DNA of 64,000 nt from the human T2T-CHM13v2.0 reference genome, Homo sapiens. Positions 13,736 to 30,285 of this stretch are shown piece by piece (the stretch's first letter is position 1; the number at the start of each line of letters is the position of its first letter). Below the pieces are notes generated by a model. The model was given only the letters and a program-made list of their open reading frames with translations. It ran no database searches and was not told where the DNA came from. The stretch lies in assembly GCF_009914755.1 (NCBI RefSeq), contig NC_060925.1; one strand, given 5' to 3'. A program made the translations under genes and the position numbers.

Positions 13736-14350
13736 ATGGAATCGTCATCGAATGAATTGAATGCAATCATCGAATGGTCTCGAATGTAATCACATTCTAA
13801 TGGAAAGGAATGGAATCATCGCATAGAATCGAATGGAATTAACATTGAATGGACTCGAATGGAATCAACATCAAACGGAATCAAGCGGAATTATCGAATG
13901 GAATCGAAGAGAATCATCGAATGGTCTCGAATGGAATCATCTTCTAATGGAAAGGAATGGAATCATCGCATAGAATCGAATGGAATTAACATTGAATGGA
14001 CTCGAATGGAATCAACATCAAATGAAATCAAGCGGAATTATCGAATGAAATCGAAGAGAATCATCGAATGGACTCGAATGGAATCATCTAATGGAATGGA
14101 ATGGAATAATCCACGGACTCGAATGCAATCATCATTGTATAGAATCGAATGGAATCATCGAATGGACTCGAATGGAATAACCATTGAACGGAATAGAATG
14201 GAATCATCATCGGAAGGAAACGAATGGAATCATCATCGAATGGAAATGTAAGGAGTCATTATCTAATGGAATTGCATGGAATCATCATAAAATGGAATCG
14301 AATGGAATCATCATCAAATGGAATCAAATGGAATCATTGAACGGAATTGA
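13736..14350 (+). repeat. Diverged 615-bp module variant (468 + 147-bp internal tandem duplication); sister copies at 36461-37075 and 40160-40774
   Basis: ggaatcaagcgg replaces ggaaaaaaacgg; attaacattg, ccacggactc, cattgtatag, cggaaggaaa, aaatgtaagg. 49-codon repeat visible in ORFs at 13859, 36584, 40283. Confidence 0.9.
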
Positions 14351-15201
14351 ATGGAATCGTCATCGAATGAATTGAATGCAATCATCGAATGGTCTCGAAT
14401 GGAATCATCTTCAAATGGAATGGAATGGAATCATCGCATAGAATCGAATGGAATTATCATCGAATGGAATCGAATGGTATCAACATCAAACGGAAAAAAA
14501 CGGAATTATCGAATGGAATCGAAGAGAATCTTCGAACGGACCCGAATGGAATCATCTAATGGAATGGAACGGAATAATCCATGGACTCGAATGCAATCAT
14601 CATCGAATGGAATCGAATGGAATCATCGAATGGACTCGAATGGAATAATCATTGAACGGAATCGAATGGAATCATCATCGGATGGAAACGAATGGAATCA
14701 TCATACAATGGAAATGAAAGGAGTCATCATCTAATGGAAATGCATGGAATCATCATAAAATGGAATCGAATGGAATCAACATCAAATGGAATCAAATGGA
14801 ATAATTGAACGGAAATGAATGGAATCGTCATCGAATGAATTGAATGCAATCATCGAATGGTCTAGAATTGAATCATCTTCAAATGGAATGGAATGGAATC
14901 ATCGCATAGAATCGAATGGAAGTATCATCGAATGGAATCGAATGGAATCAACATCAAACGGAAAAAAACGGAATTATCGAATGGAATCGAAGAGAATCAT
15001 CGAATGGACCCGAATGGAATCATCTAATGGAATGGAATGGAATAATCCATGGACTCGAATGCAATCATCATCGAATGGAATCGAATGGAATCATCGAATG
15101 GACTCGAATGGAATAATCATTGAACGGAATCGAATGGAATCATCATCGGATGGAAATGAATGGAATCATCATCGAATGGAATCGAATAGAATTATGGAAT
15201 C

Positions 15202-18200
15202 AAATCCAGTGTGATCATCATCGAATGGACCCGAATGGAATCATCATCCAACGGAAGCTAATGGAATCAACATCGAATGAATCGAATGGAAACACCATCG
15301 AATTGAAACGAATGGAATTATCATGAAATTGAAATGGATGGACTCATCATCGAATGGATTCGAATGGAATCATCGAATAAAATTGATTGAAATCATCATC
15401 CAATGGAATCGAATGGTATCATTGAATGGAATCGAATGGAATCATCATCAGATGGAAATGAATGGAATCGTCATAGAATGGAATCGAATGGATTCATTGA
15501 ATGGAATCAGATGGAATCATCGAATGGACTGGAATGGAATCATTGAATGGACTCGAAAGGGATCATGATTGAATGGAATTGAATGGAATCATCGAATGGT
15601 CTCGATTGGAATCATTAACAAATGGAATCGAATGGAATCACCGAATAGAATCGAATGGAACAATCATCGAATGGACTCAAATGGAATTATCCTCCAATGG
15701 AATCGAATGGAATTATCGAATGCAATCGAATGGAATTATCGAATGCAATCGAATAGAATCATCGAAAGGACTCGAATGGAATCATCGAATGGAATGGAAT
15801 GGAACAGTCAATGAACTCGAATGGAATCATCATTGAATGGAATCGAATGGAATCATCGAGTGGAATCGAATGGAATTATGATCAAATGGAATCGAATGTA
15901 ATCATCATCAAATGGAATCAAAAATAACCATCATCAATTGGTATTGAATGGAATTGTCATCAAATGGAATTCAAAGGAATCATCATCAAATGGAACCGAA
16001 TGGAAGCCTCATTGAATGGAAATGAAAGGGGTCATCATCTAATGGAATCGCATGGAATCATCATCAAATGGAATCGAATGGAATCATCATCAAATGGAAT
16101 CTAATGGAATCATTGAACAGAATTGAATGGAATCGTCATCGAATGAATTGAATGCAATCATCGAATGGTCTCGAATGGAATCATCTTCTAATGGAAAGGA
16201 ATGGAATCATCGCATAGAATCGAATGGAATTATCATCGAATGGAATCGAATGGTATCAACACCAAACGGAAAAAAACGGAATTATCGAATGGAATCGAAG
16301 AGAATCTTCGAACGGACCCGAATGGAATCATCTAATGGAATGGAATGGAACAATCCATGGACTCGAATGCAATCATCATCGAATGGAATCGAATGGAATC
16401 ATCGAATGGACTCGAATGGAATAATCATTGAACGGAATCGAATGGAATCATCATCGGATGGAAACGAATGGAATCATCATACAATGGAAATGAAAGGAGT
16501 CATCATCTAATGGAAATGCATGGAATCATCATAAAATGGAATCGAATGGAATCAACATCAAATGGAATCAAATGGAATAATTGAACGGAAATGAATGGAA
16601 TCGTCATCGAATGAATTGAATGCAATCATCGAATGGTCTAGAATTGAATCATCTTCAAATGGAATGGAATGGAATCATCGCATAGAATCGAATGGAAGTA
16701 TCATCGAATGGAATCGAATGGAATCAACATCAAACGGAAAAAAACGGAATTATCGAATGGAATCGAAGAGAATCTTCGAACGGACCCGAATGGAATCATC
16801 TAATGGAATGGAATGGAATAATCCATGGACTCGAATGCAATCATCATCGAATGGAATCGAATGGAATCATCGAATGGACTCGAATGGAATAATCATTGAA
16901 CGGAATCGAATGGAATCATCATCGGATGGAAATGAAAGGAGTCATCATCTAATGGAATTGCATGGAATCATCATAAAATGGAATCGAATGGAATCAACAT
17001 CAAATGGAATCAAATGGAATCATTGAACGGAAGTGAATGGAATCGTCATCGAATGAATTGAATGCAATCATCGAATGGTCTCGAATGGAATCATCTTCAA
17101 ATGGAATGGAATGGAATCATCGCATAGAATCGAATGGAATTATCATCGAATGGAATCGAATGGAATCAACATCAAACGGAAAAAAACGGAATTCTCAAAT
17201 GGAATCGAAGAGAATCATCGAATGGACCCGAATGGAATCATCTAATGGAATGGAATGGAATAATCCATGGACTCGAATGCAATCATCATCGAATGGAATC
17301 GAATGGAATCATCCAATGGACTCGAATGGAATAATCATTGAACGGAATCGAATGGAATCATCATCGGATGGAAATGAATGGAATCATCATCGAATGGAAT
17401 CGAATAGAATTATGGAATGAAATCCAGTGTGATCATCATCGAATGGACCCGAATGGAATCATCATCCAACGGATGCTAATGGAATCAACATCGAATGAAT
17501 CAAATGGAAACACCATCGAATTGAAACGAATGGAATTACCATGAAATTGAAATGGATGGACTCATCATCGAATGGATTTGAAAGGAATCATCGAATAAAA
17601 TTGATTGAAATCATCATCGAATGGAATCGAATGGTATCATTGAATGGAATCGAATGGAATCATCATCAGATGGAAATGAATGGAATCGTCATAGAATGGA
17701 ATCGAATGGATTCATTGAATGGAATCAGATGGAATCATCGAATGGACTGGAATGGAATCATTGAATGGTCTCGAAAGAGATCATGATTGAATGGAATTGA
17801 ATGGAATCATCGAATGGTCTCGATTGGAATCATTATCAAATGGAATCGAATGGAATCACCGAATAGAATCGAATGGAACAATCATCGAATGGACTCAAAT
17901 GGAATTATCCTCCAATGGAATCGAATGGAATTATCGAATGCAATCGAATGGAATTATCGAATGCAAACGAATAGAATCATCGAATGGACTCGAATGGAAT
18001 CATCGAATGGAATGGAATGGAACAGTCAATGAACTCGAATGGAATCATCATTGAATGGAATCGAATGGAATCATCGAGTGGAATCGAATGGAATTATGAT
18101 CAAATGGAATCGAATGTAATCATCATCAAATGGAATCAAAAATAACCATCATCAATTGGTATTGAATGGAATTGTCATCAAATGGAATTCAAAGGAAACA

Positions 18201-21200
18201 TCATCAAATGGAACCGAATGGAATCCTCATTGAATGGAAATGAAAGGGGTCATCATCTAATGGAATCGCATGGAATCATCATCAAATGGAATCGAATGGA
18301 ATCATCATGAAATGGAATCTAATGGAATCATTGAACAGAATTGAATGGAATCGTCATCGAATGAATTGAATGCAATCATCGAATGGTCTCGAATGGAACC
18401 ATCTTCTAATGGAAAGGAATGGAATCATCGCATAGAATCGAATGGAATTATCATCGAATGGAATCGAATGGTATCAACACCAAACGGAAAAAAACGGAAT
18501 TATCGAATGGAATCGAAGAGAATCTTCGAACGGACCCGAATGGAATCATCTAATGGAATGGAATGGAATAATCCATGGACTCGAATGCAATCATCATCGA
18601 ATGGAATCGAATGGAATCATCGAATGGACTCGAATGGAATAATCATTGAACGGAATCGAATGGAATCATCATCGGATGGAAACGAATGGAATCATCATCG
18701 AATGGAAATGAAAGGAGTCATCATCTAATGGAATTGCATGGAATCATCATAAAATGGAATCGAATGGAATCAACATCAAATGGAATCAAATGGAATCATT
18801 GAACGGAATTGAATGGAATCGTCATCGAATGAATTGAATGCAATCATCGAATGGTCTCGAATGGAATCATCTTCAAATGGAATGGAATGGAATCATCGCA
18901 TAGAATCGAATGAAATTATCATCGAATGGAATCGAATGGAATCAACATCAAACGGAAAAAAACGGAATTATCGAATGGAATCGAAGAGAATCATCGAATG
19001 GACCCGAATGGAATCATCTAATGGAATGGAATGGAATAATCCATGGACTCGAATGCAATCATCATCGAATGGAATCGAATGGAATCATCGAATGGACTCG
19101 AATGGAATAATCATTGAACGGAATCGAATGGAATCATCATCGGATGGAAATGAAAGGAGTCATCATCTAATGGAATTGCATGGAATCATCATAAAATGGA
19201 ATCGAATGGAATCAACATCAAATGGAATCAAATGGAATCATTGAACGGAATTGAATGGAATCGTCATCGAATGAATTGAATGCAATCATCGAATGGTCTC
19301 GAATGGAATCATCTTCAAATGGAATGGAATGGAATCATCGCATAGAATCGAATGGAATTATCATCGAATGGAATCGAATGGAATCAACATCAAACGGAAA
19401 AAAACGGAATTATCGAATGGAATCGAAGAGAATCATCGAATGGACCCGAATGGAATCATCTAATGGAATGGAATGGAATAATCCATGGACTCGAATGCAA
19501 TCATCATCGAATGGAATCAAATGGAATCATCGAATGGACTCGAATGGAATAATCATTGAACGGAATCGAATGGAATCATCATCGGATGGAAATGAATGGA
19601 ATCATCATCGAATGGAATCGAATAGAATTATGGAATGAAATCCAGTGTGATCATCATCGAATGGACCCGAATGGAATCATCATCCAACGGATGCTAATGG
19701 AATCAACATCGAATGAATCAAATGGAAACACCATCGAATTGAAACGAATGGAATTACCATGAAATTGAAATGGATGGACTCATCATCGAATGGATTTGAA
19801 AGGAATCATCGAATAAAATTGATTGAAATCATCATCGAATGGAATCGAATGGTATCATTGAATGGAATCGAATGGAATCATCATCAGATGGAAATGAATG
19901 GAATCGTCATAGAATGGAATCGAATGGATTCATTGAATGGAATCAGATGGAATCATCGAATGGACTGGAATGGAATCATTGAATGGACTCGAAAGAGATC
20001 ATGATTGAATGGAATTGAATGGAATCATCGAATGGTCTCGATTGGAATCATTATCAAATGGAATCGAATGGAATCACCGAATAGAATCGAATGGAACAAT
20101 CATCGAATGGACTCAAATGGAATTATCCTCCAATGGAATCGAATGGAATTATCGAATGCAATCGAATGGAATTATCGAATGCAAACGAATAGAATCATCG
20201 AATGGACTCGAATGGAATCATCGAATGGAATGGAATGGAACAGTCAATGAACTCGAATGGAATCATCATTGAATGGAATCGAATGGAATCATCGAGTGGA
20301 ATCGAATGGAATTATGATCAAATGGAATCGAATGTAATCATCATCAAATGGAATCAAAAATAACCATCATCAATTGGTATTGAATGGAATTGTCATCAAA
20401 TGGAATTCAAAGGAAACATCATCAAATGGAACCGAATGGAATCCTCATTGAATGGAAATGAAAGGGGTCATCATCTAATGGAATCGCATGGAATCATCAT
20501 CAAATGGAATCGAATGGAATCATCATGAAATGGAATCTAATGGAATCATTGAACAGAATTGAATGGAATCGTCATCGAATGAATTGAATGCAATCATCGA
20601 ATGGTCTCGAATGGAACCATCTTCTAATGGAAAGGAATGGAATCATCGCATAGAATCGAATGGAATTATCATCGAATGGAATCGAATGGTATCAACACCA
20701 AACGGAAAAAAACGGAATTATCGAATGGAATCGAAGAGAATCTTCGAACGGACCCGAATGGAATCATCTAATGGAATGGAATGGAATAATCCATGGACTC
20801 GAATGCAATCATCATCGAATGGAATCGAATGGAATCATCGAATGGACTCGAATGGAATAATCATTGAACGGAATCGAATGGAATCATCATCGGATGGAAA
20901 CGAATGGAATCATCATCGAATGGAAATGAAAGGAGTCATCATCTAATGGAATTGCATGGAATCATCATAAAATGGAATCGAATGGAATCAACATCAAATG
21001 GAATCAAATGGAATCATTGAACGGAATTGAATGGAATCGTCATCGAATGAATTGAATGCAATCATCGAATGGTCTCGAATGGAATCATCTTCAAATGGAA
21101 TGGAATGGAATCATCGCATAGAATCGAATGAAATTATCATCGAATGGAATCGAATGGAATCAACATCAAACGGAAAAAAACGGAATTATCGAATGGAATC

Positions 21201-24200
21201 GAAGAGAATCATCGAATGGACCCGAATGGAATCATCTAATGGAATGGAATGGAATAATCCATGGACTCGAATGCAATCATCATCGAATGGAATCGAATGG
21301 AATCATCGAATGGACTCGAATGGAATAATCATTGAACGGAATCGAATGGAATCATCATCGGATGGAAATGAAAGGAGTCATCATCTAATGGAATTGCATG
21401 GAATCATCATAAAATGGAATCGAATGGAATCAACATCAAATGGAATCAAATGGAATCATTGAACGGAATTGAATGGAATCGTCATCGAATGAATTGAATG
21501 CAATCATCGAATGGTCTCGAATGGAATCATCTTCAAATGGAATGGAATGGAATCATCGCATAGAATCGAATGGAATTATCATCGAATGGAATCGAATGGA
21601 ATCAACATCAAACGGAAAAAAACGGAATTATCGAATGGAATCGAAGAGAATCATCGAATGGACCCGAATGGAATCATCTAATGGAATGGAATGGAATAAT
21701 CCATGGACTCGAATGCAATCATCATCGAATGGAATCAAATGGAATCATCGAATGGACTCGAATGGAATAATCATTGAACGGAATCGAATGGAATCATCAT
21801 CGGATGGAAATGAATGGAATCATCATCGAATGGAATCGAATAGAATTATGGAATGAAATCCAGTGTGATCATCATCGAATGGACCCGAATGGAATCATCA
21901 TCCAACGGATGCTAATGGAATCAACATCGAATGAATCAAATGGAAACACCATCGAATTGAAACGAATGGAATTACCATGAAATTGAAATGGATGGACTCA
22001 TCATCGAATGGATTCGAAAGGAATCATCGAATAAAATTGATTGAAATCATCATCGAATGGAATCGAATGGTATCATTGAATGGAATCGAATGGAATCATC
22101 ATCAGATGGAAATGAATGGAATCGTCATAGAATGGAATCGAATGGATTCATTGAATGGAATCAGATGGAATCATCGAATGGACTGGAATGGAATCATTGA
22201 ATGGACTCGAAAGAGATCATGATTGAATGGAATTGAATGGAATCATCGAATGGTCTCGATTGGAATCATTATCAAATGGAATCGAATGGAATCACCGAAT
22301 AGAATCGAATGGAACAATCATCGAATGGATTCAAATGGAATTATCCTCCAATGGAATCGAATGGAATTATCGAATGAAATCGAATGGAATTATCGAATGC
22401 AATCGAATAGAATCATCGAATGGACTCGAATGGAATCATCGAATGGAATGGAATGGAACAGTCAATGAACTCGAATGGAATCATCATTGAATGGAATCGA
22501 ATGGAATCATCGAGTGGAATCGAATGGAATTATGATCAAATGGAATCGAATGTAATCATCATCAAATGGAATCAAAAATAACCATCATCAATTGGTATTG
22601 AATGGAATTGTCATCAAATGGAATTCAAAGGAAACATCATCAAATGGAACCGAATGGAATCCTCATTGAATGGAAATGAAAGGGGTCATCATCTAATGGA
22701 ATCGCATGGAATCATCATCAAATGGAATCGAATGGAATCATCATCAAATGGAATCTAATGGAATCATTGAACAGAATTGAATGGAATCGTCATCGAATGA
22801 ATTGAATGCAATCATCGAATGGTCTCGAATGGAACCATCTTCTAATGGAAAGGAATGGAATCATCGCATAGAATCGAATGGAATTATCATCGAATGGAAT
22901 CGAATGGTATCAACACCAAACGGAAAAAAACGGAATTATCGAATGGAATCGAAGAGAATCTTCGAACGGACCCGAATGGAATCATCTAATGGAATGGAAT
23001 GGAATAATCCATGGACTCGAATGCAATCATCATCGAATGGAATCGAATGGAATCATCGAATGGACTCGAATGAAATAATCATTGAACGGAATCGAATGGA
23101 ATCATCATCGGATGGAAACGAATGGAATCATCATCGAATGGAAATGAAAGGAGTCATCATCTAATGGAATTGCATGGAATCATCATAAAATGGAATCGAA
23201 TGGAATCAACATCAAATGGAATCAAATGGAATCATTGAACGGAATTGAATGGAATCGTCATCGAATAAATTGAATGCAATCATCGAATGGTCTCGAATGG
23301 AATCATCTTCAAATGGAATGGAATGGAATCATCGCATAGAATCGAATGGAATTATCATCGAATGGAATCGAATGGAATCAACATCAAACGGAAAAAAACG
23401 GAATTATCGAATGGAATCGAAGAGAATCATCGAATGGACCCGAATGGAATCATCTAATGGAATGGAATGGAATAATCCATGGACTCGAATGCAATCATCA
23501 TCGAATGGAATCGAATGGAATCATCGAATGGACTCGAATGGAATAATCATTGAACAGAATCGAATGGAATCATCATCGGATGGAAATGAAAGGAGTCATC
23601 ATCTAATGGAATTGCATGGAATCATCATAAAATGGAATCGAATGGAATCAACATCAAATGGAATCAAATGGAATCATTGAACGGAATTGAATGGAATCGT
23701 CATCGAATGAATTGAATGCAATCATCGAATGGTCTCGAATGGAATCACCTTCAAATGGAATGGAATGGAATCATCGCATAGAATCGAATGGAATTATCAT
23801 CGAATGGAATCGAATGGAATCAACATCAAACGGAAAAAAACGGAATTATCGAATGGAATCGAAGAGAATCATCGAATGGACCCGAATGGAATCATCTAAT
23901 GGAATGGAATGGAATAATCCATGGACTCGAATGCAATCATCATCGAATGGAATCGAATGGAATCATCCAATGGACTCGAATGGAATAATCATTGAACGGA
24001 ATCGAATGGAATCATCATCGGATGGAAATGAATGGAATCATCATCGAATGGAATCGAATAGAATTATGGAATGAAATCCAGTGTGATCATCATCGAATGG
24101 ACCCGAATGGAATCATCATCCAACGGATGCTAATGGAATCAACATCGAATGAATCAAATGGAAACACCATCGAATTGAAACGAATGGAATTACCATGAAA

Positions 24201-27200
24201 TTGAAATGGATGGACTCATCATCGAATGGATTTGAAAGGAATCATCGAATAAAATTGATTGAAATCATCATCGAATGGAATCGAATGGTATCATTGAATG
24301 GAATCGAATGGAATCATCATCAGATGGAAATGAATGGAATCGTCATAGAATGGAATCGAATGGATTCATTGAATGGAATCAGATGGAATCATCGAATGGA
24401 CTGGAATGGAATCATTGAATGGACTCGAAAGAGATCATGATTGAATGGAATTGAATGGAATCATCGAATGGTCTCGATTGGAATCATTATCAAATGGAAT
24501 CGAATGGAATCACCGAATAGAATCGAATGGAACAATCATCGAATGGACTCAAATGGAATTATCCTCCAATGGAATCGAATGGAATTATCGAATGCAATCG
24601 AATGGAATTATCGAATGCAAACGAATAGAATCATCGAATGGACTCGAATGGAATCATCGAATGGAATGGAATGGAACAGTCAATGAACTCGAATGGAATC
24701 ATCATTGAATGGAATCGAATGGAATCATCGAGTGGAATCGAATGGAATTATGATCAAATGGAATCGAATGTAATCATCATCAAATGGAATCAAAAATAAC
24801 CATCATCAATTGGTATTGAATGGAATTGTCATCAAATGGAATTCAAAGGAAACATCATCAAATGGAACCGAATGGAATCCTCATTGAATGGAAATGAAAG
24901 GGGTCATCATCTAATGGAATCGCATGGAATCATCATCAAATGGAATCGAATGGAATCATCATGAAATGGAATCTAATGGAATCATTGAACAGAATTGAAT
25001 GGAATCGTCATCGAATGAATTGAATGCAATCATCGAATGGTCTCGAATGGAACCATCTTCTAATGGAAAGGAATGGAATCATCGCATAGAATCGAATGGA
25101 ATTATCATCGAATGGAATCGAATGGTATCAACACCAAACGGAAAAAAACGGAATTATCGAATGGAATCGAAGAGAATCTTCGAACGGACCCGAATGGAAT
25201 CATCTAATGGAATGGAATGGAATAATCCATGGACTCGAATGCAATCATCATCGAATGGAATCGAATGGAATCATCGAATGGACTCGAATGGAATAATCAT
25301 TGAACGGAATCGAATGGAATCATCATCGGATGGAAACGAATGGAATCATCATCGAATGGAAATGAAAGGAGTCATCATCTAATGGAATTGCATGGAATCA
25401 TCATAAAATGGAATCGAATGGAATCAACATCAAATGGAATCAAATGGAATCATTGAACGGAATTGAATGGAATCGTCATCGAATAAATTGAATGCAATCA
25501 TCGAATGGTCTCGAATGGAATCATCTTCAAATGGAATGGAATGGAATCATCGCATAGAATCGAATGGAATTATCATCGAATGGAATCGAATGGAATCAAC
25601 ATCAAACGGAAAAAAACGGAATTATCGAATGGAATCGAAGAGAATCATCGAATGGAACCGAATGGAATCATCTAATGGAATGGAATGGAATAATCCATGG
25701 ACTCGAATGCAATCATCATCGAATGGAATCGAATGGAATCATCGAATGGACTCGAATGGAATAATCATTGAACAGAATCGAATGGAATCATCATCGGATG
25801 GAAATGAAAGGAGTCATCATCTAATGGAATTGCATGGAATCATCATAAAATGGAATCGAATGGAATCAACATCAAATGGAATCAAATGGAATCATTGAAC
25901 GGTATTGAATGGAATCGTCATCGAATGAATTGAATGCAATCATCGAATGGTCTCGAATGGAATCATCTTCAAATGGAATGGAATGGAATCATCGCATAGA
26001 ATCGAATGGAATTATCATCGAATGGAATCGAATGGAATCAACATCAAACGGAAAAAAACGGAATTATCGAATGGTATCGAAGAGAATCATCGAATGGACC
26101 CGAATGGAATCATCTAATGGAATGGAATGGAATAATCCATGGACTCGAATGCAATCATCATCGAATGGAATCGAATGGAATCATCCAATGGACTCGAATG
26201 GAATAATCATTGAACGGAATCGAATGGAATCATCATCGGATGGAAATGAATGGAATCATCATCGAATGGAATCGAATAGAATTATGGAATGAAATCCAGT
26301 GTGATCATCATCGAATGGACCCGAATGGAATCATCATCCAACGGATGCTAATGGAATCAACATCGAATGAATCAAATGGAAACACCATCGAATTGAAACG
26401 AATGGAATTACCCTGAAATTGAAATGGATGGACTCATCATCGAATGGATTCGAAAGGAATCATCGAATAAAATTGATTGAAATCATCATCGAATGGAATC
26501 GAATGGTATCATTGAATGGAATCGAATGGAATCATCATCAGATGGAAATGAATGGAATCGTCATAGAATGGAATCGAATGGATTCATTGAATGGAATCAG
26601 ATGGAATCATCGAATGGACTGGAATGGAATCATTGAATGGACTCGAAAGAGATCATGATTGAATGGAATTGAATGGAATCATCGAATGGTCTCGATTGGA
26701 ATCATTATCAAATGGAATCGAATGGAATCACCGAATAGAATCGAATGGAACAATCATCGAATGGACTCAAATGGAATTATCCTCCAATGGAATCGAATGG
26801 AATTATCGAATGCAATCGAATGGAATTATCGAATGCAATCGAATAGAATCATCGAATGGACTCGAATGGAATCATCGAATGGAATGGAATGGAACAGTCA
26901 ATGAACTCGAATGGAATCATCATTGAATGGAATCGAATGGAATCATCGAGTGGAATCGAATGGAATTATGATCAAATGGAATCGAATGTAATCATCATCA
27001 AATGGAATCAAAAATAACCATCATCAATTGGTATTGAATGGAATTGTCATCAAATGGAATTCAAAGGAAACATCATCAAATGGAACCGAATGGAATCCTC
27101 ATTGAATGGAAATGAAAGGGGTCATCATCTAATGGAATCGCATGGAATCATCATCAAATGGAATCGAATGGAATCATCATGAAATGGAATCTAATGGAAT

Positions 27201-28509
27201 CATTGAACAGAATTGAATGGAATCGTCATCGAATGAATTGAATGCAATCATCGAATGGTCTCGAATGGAACCATCTTCTAATGGAAAGGAATGGAATCAT
27301 CGCATAGAATCGAATGGAATTATCATCGAATGGAATCGAATGGTATCAACACCAAACGGAAAAAAACGGAATTATCGAATGGAATCGAAGAGAATCTTCG
27401 AACGGACCCGAATGGAATCATCTAATGGAATGGAATGGAATAATCCATGGACTCGAATGCAATCATCATCGAATGGAATCGAATGGAATCATCGAATGGA
27501 CTCGAATGGAATAATCATTGAACGGAATCGAATGGAATCATCATCGGATGGAAACGAATGGAATCATCATCGAATGGAAATGAAAGGAGTCATCATCTAA
27601 TAGAATTGCATGGAATCATCATAAAATGGAATCGAATGGAATCAACATCAAATGGAATCAAATGGAATCATTGAACGGAATTGAATGGAATCGTCATCGA
27701 ATGAATTGACTGCAATCATCGAATGGTCTCGAATGGAATCATCTTCAAATGGAATGGAATGGAATCATCGCATAGAATCGAATGGAATTATCATCGAATG
27801 GAATCGAATGGAATCAACATCAAACGGAAAAAAACGGAATTATCGAATGGAATCGAAGAGAATCATCGAATGGACCCGAATGGAATCATCTAATGGAATG
27901 GAATGGAATAATCCATGGACTCGAATGCAATCATCATCGAATGGAATCGAATGGAATCATCGAATGGACTCGAATGGAATAATCATTGAACGGAATCGAA
28001 TGGAATCATCATCGGATGGAAATGAAAGGAGTCATCATCTAATGGAATTGCATGGAATCATCATAAAATGGAATCGAATGGAATCAACATCAAATGGAAT
28101 CAAATGGAATCATTGAACGGAATTGAATGGAATCGTCATCGAATGAATTGAATGCAATCATCGAATGGTCTCGAATGGAATCATCTTCAAATGGAATGGA
28201 ATGGAATCATCGCATAGAATCGAATGGAATTATCATCGAATGGAATCGAATGGAATCAACATCAAACGGAAAAAAACGGAATTATCGAATGGAATCGAAG
28301 AGAATCATCGAATGGACCCGAATGGAATCATCTAATGGAATGGAATGGAATAATCCATGGACTCGAATGCAATCATCATCGAATGGAATCAAATGGAATC
28401 ATCGAATGGACTCGAATGGAATAATCATTGAACGGAATCGAATGGAATCATCATCGGATGGAAATGAATGGAATCATCATCGAATGGAATCGAATAGAAT
28501 TATGGAATG
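15202..28509 (+). repeat. Sub-array of six consecutive 2218-bp units (1308+468+442)
   Basis: Landmarks at 15202, 17420, 19638, 21856, 24074, 26292, 28510, all 2218 apart. Confidence 0.93.
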
Positions 28510-30285
28510 AAATCCAGTGTGATCATCATCGAATGGACCCGAATGGAATCATCATCCAACGGATGCTAATGGAATCAACATCGAATGAATCAAATGGAAA
28601 CACCATCGAATTGAAACGAATGGAATTACCATGAAATTGAAATGGATGGACTCATCATCGAATGTATTCGAAAGGAATCATCGAATAAAATTGATTGAAA
28701 TCATCATCGAATGGAATCGAATGGTATCATTGAATGGAATCGAATGGAATCATCATCAGATGGAAATGAATGGAATCGTCATAGAATGGAATCGAATGGA
28801 TTCATTGAATGGAATCAGATGGAATCATCGAATGGACTGGAATGGAATCATTGAATGGACTCGAAAGAGATCATGATTGAATGGAATTGAATGGAATCAT
28901 CGAATGGTCTCGATTTGAATCATTATCAAATGGAATCGAATGGAATCACCGAATAGAATCGAATGGAACAATCATCGAATGGACTCAAATGGAATTATCC
29001 TCCAATGGAATCGAATGGAATTATCGAATGCAATCGAATGGAATTATCGAATGCAATCGAATAGAATCATCGAATGGACTCGAATGGAATCATCGAATGG
29101 AATGGAATGGAACAGTCAATGAACTCGAATGGAATCATCATTGAATGGAATCGAATGGAATCATCGAGTGGAATCGAATGGAATTATGATCAAATGGAAT
29201 CGAATGTAATCATCATCAAATGGAATCAAAAATAACCATCATCAATTGGTATTGAATGGAATTGTCATCAAATGGAATTCAAAGGAAACATCATCAAATG
29301 GAACCGAATGGAATCCTCATTGAATGGAAATGAAAGGGGTCATCATCTAATGGAATCGCATGGAATCATCATCAAATGGAATCGAATGGAATCATCATCA
29401 AATGAAATCTAATGGAATCATTGAACAGAATTGAATGGAATCGTCATCGAATGAATTGAATGCAATCATCGAATGGTCTCGAATGGAACCATCTTCTAAT
29501 GGAAAGGAATGGAATCATCGCATAGAATCGAATGGAATTGTCATCGAATGGAATCGAATGGTATCAACACCAAACGGAAAAAAACGGAATTATCGAATGG
29601 AATCGAAGAGAATCTTCGAACGGACCCGAATGGAATCATCTAATGGAATGGAATGGAATAATCCATGGACTCGAATGCAATCATCATCGAATGGAATCGA
29701 ATGGAATCATCGAATGGACTCGAATGAAATAATCATTAAACGGAATCGAATGGAATCATCATCGGATGGAAACGAATGGAATCATCATCGAATGGAAATG
29801 AAAGGAGTCATCATCTAATGGAATTGCATGGAATCATCATAAAATGGAATCGAATGGAATCAACATCAAATGGAATCAAATGGAATCATTGAACGGAATT
29901 GAATGGAATCGTCATCGAATGAATTGAATGCAATCATCGAATGGTCTCGAATGGAATCATCTTCAAATGGAATGGAATGGAATCATCGCATAGAATCGAA
30001 TGGAATTATCATCGAATGGAATCGAATGGAATCAACATCAAACGGAAAAAAACGGAATTATCGAATGGAATCGAAGAGAATCATCGAATGGACCCGAATG
30101 GAATCATCTAATGGAATGGAATGGAATAATCCATGGACTCGAATGCAATCATCATCGAATGGAATCGAATGGAATCATCCAATGGACTCGAATGGAATAA
30201 TCATTGAACGGAATCGAATGGAATCATCATCGTATGGAAATGAATGGAATCATCATCGAATGGAATCGAATAGAATTATGGAATG

